Notes under the pieces: generated by a model
Database searches by the model: none
Told to the model about the DNA's origin: nothing
What the model saw: only the letters and a program-made list of their open reading frames with translations
Shown: in pieces, positions 12,936 through 24,100 of the stretch
Layout: every line of letters begins with the position of its first letter
Position numbering within the stretch: the first letter of the stretch is position 1
Position numbers and translations under genes: made by a program
Assembly (NCBI GenBank): GCA_052327205.1
Contig: CM126203.1
Location: forward strand, 216,347,543 to 216,382,000
Direction of reading: 5' to 3'
Length of the DNA: 34,458 bases
Source of the DNA: Somniosus microcephalus
Lineage: Eukaryota

Positions 12936-13299
12936 TGAGATTAGGGAGAGGAAAACAAATCTGCCAATGCTCCTGTTCAAGATTGCTAGCCCATAGTTGT
13001 GCATATATGGAAGATGGGAGAGGACAGGATTGTACTGGGCTGTGATGCTTCTTGACAGTGCACCATTACACACCAACAGGAAGTCAACAAATTCAGAAAG
13101 AGAAACCTAGAAGAAAAAAAACTGTCCTTCTATAACCAATCCCGCTCCTGTGCACCAGATGCCTTGGTTGAACAAGAACTTGCATTTATAAAGCATCTCT
13201 AACGCAGAACATCTTAAAATGCTTCATATAGAGGTGTAATCAGACAAGAGAGAGAGATTTCAAGGAGCACAGTAGGGCTGGAGGAGGTTAAAGAGCTAG

Positions 13300-13939
13300 G
13301 GGCCTAAAAATTCGGTTGCTTTGCGCCTCCCGTTAGCGCCCTAATTCAGCGGGAGGTTAGCGGTGGCAGTAACCATTAGCGCTCCGCGGCGCTGCGCCAC
13401 CGGCGATGACGTCATCGCAGTGCCCCAGCCGCAATCTTCGGTAGCACCCCCGACATACCGCCGGACGCTATGTCTGACGGGGTCAGGGGGGCCTACCTGC
13501 AGCTGGGGCAGCACCAGTTAATGGCGAGGTGCCAGGCGGCCATTTTTGCTGCTGGCCGCCTGCCAGCACCCGTTATCGTCCTCCTGACCAGCCCCCCGCG
13601 GAGTGCCGGCTGCGCTCCGTAAGCCCGGCACTTTGAGTGCCGGGCTCTTTTGCCGGTACTCCGATCCCTGGTGGCCCAGCTGGGCCCTTCCCCTTTAAGA
13701 AGGGGAGGAAGGTCTGCAGTATCGCAGCACGGCGTGCCACAGAGCGTGGCATTGCAGCACGTAGCGCAGCGATATTCACTCGCAGCGCCCTAAGAGGGAG
13801 GCGGGGGAACGTCCAGTAGCACCCCGCTTCCCTCTTGGGGCGCTACCGATGAATTTCGGCCACAGGGGCACTAATTTCTTCGGGGCGCTAAAAGTAGCGA
13901 AGTTAGCGCCTCAAAGGGGGCGCGACTCAATTTTTCCCC
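13300..13939. mobile_element. GC/CpG-rich Harbinger-type MITE inserted in the L2
   Basis: Imperfect TIRs gggcctaaaaattcggttgc / gcgactcaatttttcccc; flanks TAG/CAG; L2 sequence resumes across it. Confidence 0.7.
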
Positions 13940-14489
13940 CAGGGAGAGGTAAGGCTATGAGGGATTTAAACATGAGGACAACAACTGGTAGAATTCAGGT
14001 ATATGGAGCCAATGTAGGTCAGCAAGGATAGAGGCGATAGGATACGGGCAGCAGAGTTTTGGACGAGCTAAAGTTTAGAGAGCATGAAGGATGGGAGGCT
14101 TCCAAGAGAGCATTTGACGAGTGAAGTTTGGAGGTGACAAAGGCACGGATGAGAGTGTCAATGGCAGATAGGCGGAGACAGTGACAGATACAAGTGATGT
14201 GACAGAGATGGATGTAAGTGGTCTTTATAATGGAGAGAACATGGGGTCGGAAGCTCAGCTCAGGTCGAACAGGAGGTTGCAAACAGGTTGGTTCAGCCTG
14301 AGACAGTGGCCAGAGAGGGGGAAGGTGTTGGTGGCAGGGAACGTGCTGGGCTGAAAGACGATGGCTTTGGTCCTCCCAATGTTTAACTGAAGGAAACTGC
14401 AGCTCATCTATAATTGGATATTGGACAAGCGATCTGGCAACATAAAAGCATTAGAGAAATCAAGAGGTACAGCTGAGTGTCATCAGCAT

Positions 14490-14765
14490 ACATAGAATCC
14501 ATACAGCACAGGAGGCCATTTAGCCCACTGTGCCTGTGCTGGCTCTTTGAAAGAGCTATACAATTAGTCCCACTCCCCTGCTCTGTCCCCATAGCCTGCA
14601 AATTTTTCCTTTTCAAGTATATATACACAATTTTCTTATAAAAGCTACTATTAAATTTGCTTTCACCACCTTTTCAAGCAATGCATTCCAGGCTGTAACA
14701 ACTCACTGCGTAAAAAAAAATTCTCCTGGTCTCCCCTGATTCTTTTGTCAATGATCTTAAATCTG
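14490..14765 (-). mobile_element. CR1-type 3' tail fragment nested in the L2
   Basis: gggctaaatggcctcctgtgctgtatggattctatg tail on the minus strand; interrupts the L2 RT next to YADD. Confidence 0.75.
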
Positions 14766-15049
14766 GAATGGTGTGATCAAGGGGCAGAAAGAAGATGAGG
14801 AAGAGGAAGGGGCCAATGATAGATCTTTGTGGCAACTCCAGAGATAACAGTGCAGGGGTGGGAATAGAAGCCATTGCTGGGGATGCTCTGGTTACAATCA
14901 GATAGATAAGCATGGAACCAAGCGAGGGCAGTCCCACGGAAGTGGACAATGGAGGAGAGGCTTTGGAGGAGGTAGTGTGGTGAAACATGTAAAATAGTGC
15001 AGAGATCAAGGAGGGTGAGGAGAGATAGTCCACCACAGTCAACAGTCTT

Positions 15050-15128
15050 CAACCTGAAACGTTAACTCTTTTCTCTCTCCACAGTTGCTGCCTGGCCTGC
15101 TGAGTTTTTCCAGCGTTTTCTGTTATTA
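15050..15128. mobile_element. Penelope-like terminal repeat fragment
   Basis: acctgaaacgttaactc...ctctccacagttgctgcctggcctgctgagtttttccagc, the same unit as the arm at 26790-26851. Confidence 0.6.
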
Positions 15129-15794
15129 CAGTCAATAGGATGTTTTGGTGCTGTGGCAGACACAGAAGCCCGATTGGAGATGGGCAACACATTCAAGGTT
15201 TTGAGAGGAAAAGGAGGTTGGAAATGGGGCTGTAATTGGCAAGGACAGAGGGGCCAAGGGTGGTTTTGAGTAGTGGGGTGATTATGGTAGTTTTCAATCG
15301 GATGGGAACAGAGGAGACAAAACTATGATGGGAGATAGGAGAGAAAGTAAAGAAGAACGCAGGGTCAGGACTGGGGCAGATGGATGTTTGGCTTGGTGGG
15401 CGAAGGGAAGAGCTGGGGCATGCAGAAGAGACAGCTGAATGTATGATCTAACTCATAGTGCCAAAGGAGTCCATGAGTTCCTCGCACTTGTTGGAGGCAA
15501 GGGTGCATGGGAGTGGGGGATAATGAGGTAGAGGTGGACGTGGGGGATCAGCAGTTCCTGCAGGGCCAGCAGCAGCACCGTGAGTGAAAACTACACCGAG
15601 AGAGGAGCAGCCAGTAAAGGGATGAGTGAAAGCTGGGGACTTCACTGTGGGGAAATAGTGAAAGATTGTTTCCACTGGTGGGCGAGTAGAAAAGTAGAGG
15701 ACAGAGACTGAGGCTTCTCACTGGAAGAACCTTGGGGAAATGGAGAAGGAAGGTTTTTAAACTGATTCTTCACCACAAGTGGCTATTATTAAAT

Positions 15795-15892
15795 AAGACT
15801 TGCATTTATATAGCACCTTTCACAACCACCGGACATCTCAAAGCGCTTTACAGCCAATGAAGTACTTTTGAAGTGTAATAACTGTTGTAATG
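15795..15892 (-). mobile_element. Deu-SINE tail fragment
   Basis: Near-identical to 10492-10580. Confidence 0.8.
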
Positions 15893-15894
15893 TG

Positions 15895-16030
15895 TATTGA
15901 GACAGAGACTAGATCATCATTTAAAAGGAATTGGGATAAGTATTTGAAAAGGAGGAATATACAATGATTGGGGAGAGTGCCAGCACAAGCACATGCACCA
16001 AGAGCTGAATAGGCTCCTCTTGGCTTGTAA
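15895..16030 (+). mobile_element. Old CR1 3' tail, tail-to-tail with the young CR1
   Basis: catttaaaaggaattgggataagtatttgaaaagg...gagctgaataggctcctct. Confidence 0.6.
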
Positions 16031-16123
16031 TACATAGATACATAGAAGATAGGAGCAGGAGTAGGCCATTCGGCCCTTCGTGCCTGCTCCGCCATTCGAT
16101 GAGATCATGGCTGATCCTTTAAT

Positions 16124-19075
16124 TCAGTATCCCGTCCCCGCCTTCTCTCCGTAACCCTTAACCCCTTTTGCCCGTAGAAATATATCTAATTCCCTCTTAA
16201 ATATATTTAATGAGCTGGCGTACACTGCCCTCTGTGGCAATGAGTTCCACAGGTTCACCACTCTCTGAGTGAAGAAATTCCCCCTCATCTCTGTCCTAAA
16301 TGGTTTAGCCCTTATCCTTAAATTATGTCCTCTAGTTCTGTTCTCACCCGCCAAGGGAAACATTCCTTCTGCATCCAGTCTGTCTAGACCTGTCAGAATT
16401 TTATACACTTCTATGAGGTCCCCTCTCAATCTTCTAAACTCCAGTGTGTACATCCCTAAACTACATAGTCTCTCCTCATAGGTCATTCCCGCCATTCCTG
16501 GTATCAGCCTGGTGAATCGCCGCTGCACCCCCTCCATGGCAAGAACATCCTTCCTCAGATGAGGCGACCAAAACTGTACACAGTACTCGAGGTGTGGTCT
16601 CACCAGTGCCCTGTACAGCTGCAGCAAGGTATCCCTGTTCCTGTATTCTAACCCTTTTGCTATGAAGGCCAGCATACCGTTTGCCTTCTTGACCGCCTGT
16701 TGCACCTGCATGCTCGCCTTCAGTGACTGGTGTACAAGAACACCCAGGTCTCTCTGTACTTCCCCCTCTCCCAATCTATTGCCATTTAAATAATAATTTG
16801 CCCTCCCGTTCCTGCACCCAAGGTGGATAACTTCGCACTTGTCCACATTATAGTGCATCTGCCATTTATCCGCCCAATCGCCCAGTCTGTCCAAATCGCT
16901 CTGGAGCTTCCTGGTCTCTTCCTCTGAGCCCACCCCCCCTCCTAGTTTAGTGTCGTCTGCAAATTTGGAAATGCTGCATCCGACTCCCTGATCCAGGTCA
17001 TTAATGTAAATTGTGAACAGCTGGGGGCCCAGGACAGATCCCTGTGGTACCCCACTTGTTACTGCCTGCCATTCAGAAAATGAGCCGTTTATTCCAACTC
17101 TCTGTTTTCTATCTGACAGCCAGTTCCCTATCCACGCCAAAACTTTCCCCTTTATCCCATGAGCCTCAATTTTCCATGCTAATCTTTTATGTGGGACCTT
17201 ATCGAAGGCCTTTTGGAAGTCCAGGTACACCACATCTACTGGCTCTCCCCCATCTATTCTACCAGTTACTCCCTCAAAAAATTCCAATAGATTAGTCAAG
17301 CACGATTTACCCTTTGTAAATCCATGTTGACTCTGTCCTATCCTGTCCCCATTTGCTAAGTGCTCCGCTATTTCATCCTTAATGATGGACTCCAGCATTT
17401 TGCCCACAACTGATGTAAGGCTTACAGGTCTGTAATTACCTGCTTTTTCCCTACCCCCCTTTTTGAATAGTGGGGTAACGTTAGCTACCCTCCAATCCAT
17501 CGGCACTGTTCCCGAGTCTAATGAATTCTGAAAAATCATCCTTAGTGCATCCGCTATCTCTAGGGCCACCTCCTTCAGTACCCTAGGATGCATGTTATCA
17601 GGCCCTGGGGATTTGTCCACCTTCAATCCCTTTAGCTTCCTTAACACCATATCCTTAGAGATATTGATTTGCGTCAGTTCCTCCTTTGCCAATGTCCCTA
17701 TTTTTCCCGATATCCCAGGGAGGTTTTTTGTGTCTTCCTTCGTAAAGACTGACCCAAAGTATGCATTTAGTTGATCTGCCATTTCCTTATTTCCCATTAT
17801 ATATTCCCCCGTATCTGACTGCAATGGACCAACTTTGGTTTTCACCAGTCTTTTCCTTTTGATATACTTATAAAAGCTTTTGGAGTTAGTTTTTATATTT
17901 TCCGCCAGCTTGTTTTCGTAAGCTATTTTGCCCCTCTTGATTATGCCCTTTGCCCTCCTTTGCTCTATCTTAAACTGTTCCCAATCTTCCGCTCTGGCGC
18001 TTTTTTTGGCTATTTTATACGCCCTATCTTTGGATTTTATGCTGTCTCTAATTTCCCCTGTTATCCACGGTTGAGTCACCTTTTTAGATTTCCTTTTATG
18101 CCAGATTGGTATAAACAATTTTTGCAATTTTGTCATTCTATCTTTAAATGTTTGCCATTGTTTATCTACCTCCAGTCCTCCCAGGAACGTTGTCCAATCA
18201 GACCTACTCAGTTCCCGTCTCATGGCATCATAATTCCCCTTGTTTAAATTCAGGACCTTAGTCTCTGAGTCAATTTCTTCGCTCTCCATTTCGAGTGAGA
18301 AATCGATCATGTTATGATCGCTCTGACCCAAGGGTCCCCGTACAACAAGATTACTGATTAGTCCCTTCTCATTGCACAGTACCCAGTCCAATATAGCCTG
18401 TTCCCGAGTTGGTTCCTCGACATATTGATCCAGATAACCATCCCTCAAACACTCAAGGAATTCCTCCTCCTCATTATTTTTACTGATTAGGCTAGTCCAA
18501 TCTATATGTAAGTTAAAGTCACCTATGATGACAGCTGTGCTCTTATTGCACGCTTCTCTAATTTCCCTCGTGATGCCCTCCCTAACCTCTATTTTACTAT
18601 TTGGAGGCCTATATACCACTCCTATTAATGTTTTTCGCCCCTCGCTATTTCTTAGCTCCACCCATATAGATTCTGTATTAACTGAGTTAATATCCTTCCT
18701 TTCAATTGCATTTATCCCCTCTTTTACTAGCAATGCTACCCCTCCTCCCTTTCTTTTTTGTCGATCCTTCCTAAATACTGAATACCCCTGTATGTTAAGC
18801 TCCCAGCCCTGCTCACCCTGCAACCATGTTTCCGTAATCCCAATTAGGTCATAATTATTAACCTCTATTTCCACAGCTAATTCATCTACCTTGTTCCTGA
18901 TGCTTCTCGCATTAAGGTATAAAACCCTCAGGCTTTTTTTATGCTCACATTTTTTATGAATTAGTTTGGCCCTTTGTTTTTTGTTCCTCACCCTTTTATC
19001 ATTTATTTCTGTCTGCCTTTCACTTTCCTCTATTTCACTACATAGGTTTCTAGCCCCCTGCCATACTAGTTTAAA
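16124..19075 (-). CDS. CR1 ORF2: APE endonuclease + reverse transcriptase (frame open from 19090; ORF track starts at GTG 18991)
   Basis: EN motifs YLNARS, GITETW, VYRPP, GDFN, LDWV, SDH; RT motifs [34 protein letters not shown]; no stops over at least 955 codons. Confidence 0.95.
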   Translation of the reverse strand, partial: FKLVWQGARNLCSEIEESERQTEINDKRVRNKKQRAKLIHKKCEHKKSLRVLYLNARSIRNKVDELAVEIEVNNYDLIGITETWLQGEQGWELNIQGYSVFRKDRQKRKGGGVALLVKEGINAIERKDINSVNTESIWVELRNSEGRKTLIGVVYRPPNSKIEVREGITREIREACNKSTAVIIGDFNLHIDWTSLISKNNEEEEFLECLRDGYLDQYVEEPTREQAILDWVLCNEKGLISNLVVRGPLGQSDHNMIDFSLEMESEEIDSETKVLNLNKGNYDAMRRELSRSDWTTFLGGLEVDKQWQTFKDRMTKLQKLFIPIWHKRKSKKVTQPWITGEIRDSIKSKDRAYKIAKKSARAEDWEQFKIEQRRAKGIIKRGKIAYENKLAENIKTNSKSFYKYIKRKRLVKTKVGPLQSDTGEYIMGNKEMADQLNAYFGSVFTKEDTKNLPGISGKIGTLAKEELTQINISKDMVLRKLKGLKVDKSPGPDNMHPRVLKEVALEIADALRMIFQNSLDSGTVPMDWRVANVTPLFKKGGREKAGNYRPVSLTSVVGKMLESIIKDEIAEHLANGDRIGQSQHGFTKGKSCLTNLLEFFEGVTGRIDGGEPVDVVYLDFQKAFDKVPHKRLAWKIEAHGIKGKVLAWIGNWLSDRKQRVGINGSFSEWQAVTSGVPQGSVLGPQLFTIYINDLDQGVGCSISKFADDTKLGGGVGSEEETRKLQSDLDRLGDWADKWQMHYNVDKCEVIHLGCRNGRANYYLNGNRLGEGEVQRDLGVLVHQSLKASMQVQQAVKKANGMLAFIAKGLEYRNRDTLLQLYRALVRPHLEYCVQFWSPHLRKDVLAMEGVQRRFTRLIPGMAGMTYEERLCSLGMYTLEFRRLRGDLIEVYKILTGLDRLDAEGMFPLAGENRTRGHNLRIRAKPFRTEMRGNFFTQRVVNLWNSLPQRAVYASSLNIFKRELDIFLRAKGVKGYGEKAGTGY

Positions 19076-19575
19076 TGCTCCCGAACTGCTTTATCAAAAA
19101 TTACCCCGAGAACATCAGTTCCATCTCTGCACAGGTGTAGACCGTCCCTTTTGTATAGGTCACACCTACCACAAAACTGGTTCCAATGCCTCAAAAATTT
19201 AAAACCCTCCCTCTTACACCACTGCTCAAGCCACGTATTTAGCCTAACTATCCTGTTCTCTGTACTCTTACTAGCACGTGGCACTGGTAGTAATCCAGAG
19301 ATTACTACCTTCGAGGTCCTACTTTTTAGCTTGGCTCCTAACTCCCGAAATTCTACTTGTAGGACCTCTTCCCTTTTTTTAGCTACGTCGTTGGTACCAA
19401 CATGTATCACGACAACTGGCTGTTCCCCCTCCCCCTCCAGAATGTTCTGCACCCGCGCCGAGACATCCTTGACCCTTGCACCAGGGAGGCAACATACCAT
19501 CCTGGAGTCTCGGTCGCGACCACAGAAACCCCTATCTATTCCCCTTACAATCGAATCCCCTATTACTATAGCCTG
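19066..19575 (-). CDS. CR1 ORF1 C-terminal SGNH/GDSL esterase domain (5'-truncated)
   Basis: QAIVIGDSIVRG (block I), PGA (II), VIHVGTND (III), DGLHL (V); ends ...EHLN*; upstream part lost at ~19577. Confidence 0.9.
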   Translation of the reverse strand, partial: QAIVIGDSIVRGIDRGFCGRDRDSRMVCCLPGARVKDVSARVQNILEGEGEQPVVVIHVGTNDVAKKREEVLQVEFRELGAKLKSRTSKVVISGLLPVPRASKSTENRIVRLNTWLEQWCKREGFKFLRHWNQFCGRCDLYKRDGLHLCRDGTDVLGVIFDKAVREHLN

Positions 19576-20231
19576 TCATTTTATGAAAATTGTTCTTTTA
19601 CTCAGTTTTAGCCCAGGGAATGGTTTAGAAATGTTGGTGCTGGACTGAGTTTAGGGCGATGTGCCCTGTGAGAAGTGCCCTAAACTCAAGAGCTACTGCC
19701 ATTTGAGCAATCTCTCGGTTTCATTCAGGTCGGTCTCTGCTGGCAATTTTGACACGCGAGGCCCAAGTGCAAATTGGCTCTGACTGAGTCTCCCAATTCA
19801 GAGTTGTCACCTTCACACAGAACCTGAGCCCAAACCAAAATCCAAGGAGTACAGAGAAAGAGAGAGATAAAGAAAGATGGGGTCTGTTAAAAGTGGCATC
19901 GACTGGGGAGCCGAACCGCACCTTGTGCAGTGCAGGGGGATTCTGGCTGTAGTTTCATCAAGAATATCAGCAGGTTATAGGATTACTACTAGTTGCAGAT
20001 AGGATATCGGGGCATTATACCTATTACTACCAGTTAAATATAAACTATCAGTGAGCTATTGTATTGGTTGGTTATGACGGGGTTAAATGTTACCAATATT
20101 ACTTTAGTTATCAGTGCAATTTTAGAGTTACTGTTAGTTCTTCCCCTTCATCAGTTTCCCCTCTTTCCTGCTCGCAGATGGCCTCCTGGTTCTTGGAACT
20201 TCCCGCACAACAGCTGCTGATGCAAAATGAT

Positions 20232-20482
20232 TACATAGAATTTACAGCAGAGGCAGGCCATTCAGACCAACTGTTTATACTCCACACAAGCCTCCTCCCA
20301 CCTCTCTTCATCTAACCCCATCAGCATAACCTTCTATTGCTTTCTCCCCTCATGTGCGTATCCAGCTTCTCCTTAAATGCATCGCGCTATTCACCACAAC
20401 TACTCCTGGTGGTAGCGCGTGCCATATTCTCGCTGCTCTAGAAAAAGAAGTTTCTCCTGAATTTCCTGTTAGATTTATTAGT
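20232..20482 (-). mobile_element. CR1-type tail fragment split by the Gypsy insertion (continues at 25379-25425)
   Basis: Similar to 1076-1345; reads agatttattagt|gaccaacttatatttatgg once the Gypsy element is removed. Confidence 0.75.
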
Positions 20483-20696
20483 TGTAGTGTATCTACCTTT
20501 AAGGGGAGAACTACTTTTTACAGCTCCTGTATACTGTAGTACCAGCAGTGACCACACCTGTATATAAACCCTGAGTAGGGATCTGTACTGTTAGTTTTAG
20601 AGTAACCCTCATCCAGTAAACACCTGTTGATTGTTCCTCTGCAGTCGCTGTCTATTTCTTGAAGGACACCATACATCAAGATTCACGGATTTAACA
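20483..20696 (+). repeat. 5' LTR (214 bp)
   Basis: TGTAGTG...TTAACA; TATATAAA at ~20561 and AGTAAA at ~20615; repeated at 25174-25378. Confidence 0.95.
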
Positions 20697-20697
20697 T

Positions 20698-20707
20698 TGG
20701 CGACGAG
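20698..20707 (+). promoter_or_regulatory. Primer binding site TGGCGACGAG (probably tRNA-Ser)
   Basis: One base after the LTR; complementary to ...CTCGTCGCCA, recalled as the 3' end of vertebrate tRNA-Ser(GCU). Confidence 0.8.
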
Positions 20708-21009
20708 TCGATTCGAGCCTACCTGCAACTCTGCAGAGGAAGGCCGATTCCAGAGGCACGGGCGTCGACCATCCGGCGGAGACTCCAGCGAGGCAGGCTG
20801 GCAACAGGTACGGCGCAGACCCATCCCGCACAGCGGCGGCTAGAGCCGACCGACGGCACAGGAAAAAGGCCGAGCAGCATCCGCGGGAGCAGAGAGAGGG
20901 TAAAGTGCACAGGGCGCAGCCGGGGTTCAGGACCGAGCGGCGTCAACGAGAGGCGCGCAGGAAAACGCGCAGAGCGCGGCCAGTGTTCAAGGGCTGAGCA
21001 ACGTCCGCG

Positions 21010-21133
21010 GGGGAAGAAAGGAAAGCGCGGGAGACGCCATTTGAGCCGCAGCGGAGAAGAAGGGAGAGCGCGGGAGACGCCATTTTGAGCCACAGCGGAG
21101 AAGGGAGAGCGCGGGAGACGCCATTTTTAGCCA
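21010..21133 (+). repeat. Three tandem ~40-bp units in the Gypsy leader
   Basis: gaagggagagcgcgggagacgccatttt(g)agcc occurs three times. Confidence 0.9.
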
Positions 21134-21161
21134 GTCTAACCACACCCAGGGATACCGAAGA

Positions 21162-24100
21162 GTGGCAGTGTCACAGCGTTCGACAATGGTCGAAGATTGG
21201 GCGACATATGTAGAACGCATAGAAGTGTACTGCAAGGCGAATGAAGTGCCAGATGCCAGGAAAGCACTGGTATTGTTGAATTCAATGGGTGCAAAAACGT
21301 ATGGCTTACTGCGAAACCTAGTAACCCCAGAGAAGCCAGTGGAAAAGGATTTTGAAAGCATAGTGGCAATCCTACAGGACCAGTTAAACCCCACACCGCT
21401 GCTGATAGCAGAAAGATTTAAGTTTCACAAAAGGAACCAGCATAAAGACGAAAGCAATGCTGAGTATTTAACGGAACTGCGCAAGCTATCGAAACACTGC
21501 CAGTTTGGAGCGGGACGAGCAGATACTTTAAAGGGACAAGTTTGTGTGTGGGCTTGAAAGTGAAGGAACCCAGAAACGGCTTCTATCAGAAAAGGATCTT
21601 ACGCTGGACAAGGCTTTCAGCATGGCAGTATCACACGAAGCAGCCGCACAGGGCACTGCAGAGATACAACGGAGACCGCAAGAATATGGCACAAATGAAA
21701 TGTCATACGGAGCAGTGAAGTGTTATCGCTGCGGCAGAACAACACACGACCATACGGATTGTTGGTTCAAGGACCAAGTGTGCAGACAGTGTGGAAAAGT
21801 AGGACACATAGCAAGAGTCTACAGGTCGGGAAAGGAAACCAGCAGCAAGAAATCTCCACAGGAGAAGTACAAAAAGGTACATAAGGTGACAGAGAGTAGT
21901 TCAGACGAACAGAAAAGTGATATAGACTCCGGAAGCAAGGAGCTGGGTTGTCTGAGACTACATAATGTAATCAAAATGGAGGATCACCAAACTATCTGGG
22001 TCACGCTCAAGATAGACGGAGTCCAAGTGAAAATGGAATTGGACACAGGATCAGCCCTAACAGTCATAAACCGAAGGGACTACAAGCGGCTTTTCTCACA
22101 TATACCCTTGAGAGATACAGAGATTGTCTTGAAGACGTACACGGGGCAAAAAGTCTACCCCAAAGGAAAAATAAGGGTGAACGTTATATATAACGGCAAG
22201 GAAACACCAAAAATGGACCTATATGTATTGCCAGATGGAGGACCACCACTACTAGGACGTGAATGGATCCGGAAGATACAGCTAGATTGGCATTCCATAC
22301 AAGCACTGACTGTAGATGCCAAAAAGGATGACGACGTCACACCTGGACGACTGTCAAAAATGCTAACTGACGCACAAGAAGTGTTCCAGGAGGGACTCGG
22401 AACACTAAAAGGCATAACAGCGACGATCAAAATAGAGGAAAATGCAAGCCCAAAGTTTCTTAAGGCCAGACCGGTGCCTTATGCGATCCGCCCAGCCGTC
22501 GAAGCAGAGCTGGAAGGTTTGGAACGTTCTGGAGTACTGTCCAAAGTGGACTGGAGTGAGTGGGCTACACCCATCGTTCCTGTAATGAAGAGGTCATTGA
22601 GTAATACGCCTGGGGAACCAAAGAAGGTTCGCATCTGTGGGGACTTTAAGGTGACAGTGAACCCAGTCCTTCACACGGTACAATATCCGCTTCCGCGGAT
22701 TGAAGATATTTTCGCCTCGCTATCTGGAGGAAAACGCTTCACTAAGATTGATCTGGCCCAGGCGTACCTGCAAATGGAGGTAGAAGAAGCCTCGAAACAG
22801 TACCTCACGATCAACACTCATAAAGGTCTCTACCAATACAACTGGCTGATGTTCGGGGTAGCATCAGCTCCGGCTATTTGGCAAAGGGCAATGGATCAAG
22901 TCCTGCAAGGGATTCCAGGGACCCAGTGTTATTTGGACGACATCCTGGTCACGGGCGAAATGACAGTGATCACTTCGCCAACCTGGAGCAGGTGCTCACT
23001 AGATTGAAGGAATATGGGCTCCGAGCTAATCGCCACAAATGCGAGTTTTTCCAGAAGCAGATCTTGTATTGTGGCCACGTTATTGATGAAGAGGGGTTAC
23101 ATAAGTCCCCTGAAAAGATTGAGGCAGTAGTCAAGGCTCCAGCACCGGAAAATGTGTCACAATTGAGGTCGTTCCTTGGGCTGGTGAACTACTACCATAA
23201 GTTCTTGCCGAATTTGTCTACAGTACTACACCCACTGAACACCCTACTGCAAACGGGGGTACCATGGAAGTGGAATGACTAATGTAAATGAGCTTTCCAG
23301 AAGTGCAAAGAATTGATCACATCAAAAGAGGTGTTGGCTCATTTCAACCCAGCACTACCAATTCGGTTGGCGTGTGATGCATCACCCTATGGTATTGGAG
23401 CGGTGCTGTTGCACAAATTCCCGGACGGCTCGGAGAGGCCAGTAGCCTTTGCGTCTCGGTCACTAACCTCAGCCGAGCGTAACTTCGCCCAGATTGACAG
23501 GGAGGCCCTCAGCCTAGTGTGGGGAGTGAAAAAGTTCAACCACTATCTGCACGGGCAGAAGTTCACCTTGCTGACTGACCACCAACCACTTGTCTCCATC
23601 TTTAATCCAAAGAAGGGCATTCCGGTGATGACTGCGCAACGGCTACAATGATGGTCCCTTTTTCTAGGGGCGAACCAATATGAAATCGAGTATAAGGGCA
23701 CGAAACAGCATGGAAACGCTGATGGGCTATCACGCCTGCCACTGCCTACTGCGGAGGAAGCACCAGCAGTGGACCTTGTCGAAATATTTTATTCGACTAT
23801 AATTGAACGCTTGCCAGTAACTAACGCGGATATAGAGAAGGAGACCCGAAATGACCCGACACTGTCTCGGGTATATGACTTGACGGTGAAGAGATGGCCA
23901 ACACATGGCGACGCACTGTTGACAGCATTCTCATCCAGAAGAGAACAGCTGTCAGTATGCCAGGGGACCTTGATGTGTGGATCCCGAGTGGTAATTCCAC
24001 CCAAGTTAAGGGAGAGAGTGCTCAATGAGCTTCACGAAGGCCATCTGGGAGGGGTGAAAATGAAAAGCCTTGCTAGGGCTTATGTGTGGTGGCCGGGGAT

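Larger units (their letters stand above)
13173..15500 (-). mobile_element. Degraded L2 LINE with nested insertions
   Basis: Minus-strand peptides YADDTQLYL, TLIRAFVTSKL..SNALL, LLTLLDL, GTALAWFHAYLSD; tail taaatgcaagttctt shared with the Deu SINE. Confidence 0.8.
16031..19577 (-). mobile_element. Young 5'-truncated CR1 LINE (partial ORF1, intact ORF2, 3'UTR with short tandem tail)
   Basis: Two open frames listed below; 3'UTR hairpin motif and terminal (tctatgta)2. Confidence 0.97.

Noticed and set aside
15040-15070. Penelope-associated hammerhead ribozyme (also near 26780)
   Set aside because: Only the GAAAC half is visible; I found no properly placed CTGANGA box in either copy.
19646-19689. 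12-bp inverted repeat TGAGTTTAGGGC...GCCCTAAACTCA
   Set aside because: Isolated hairpin with no supporting terminus or RNA-family context.
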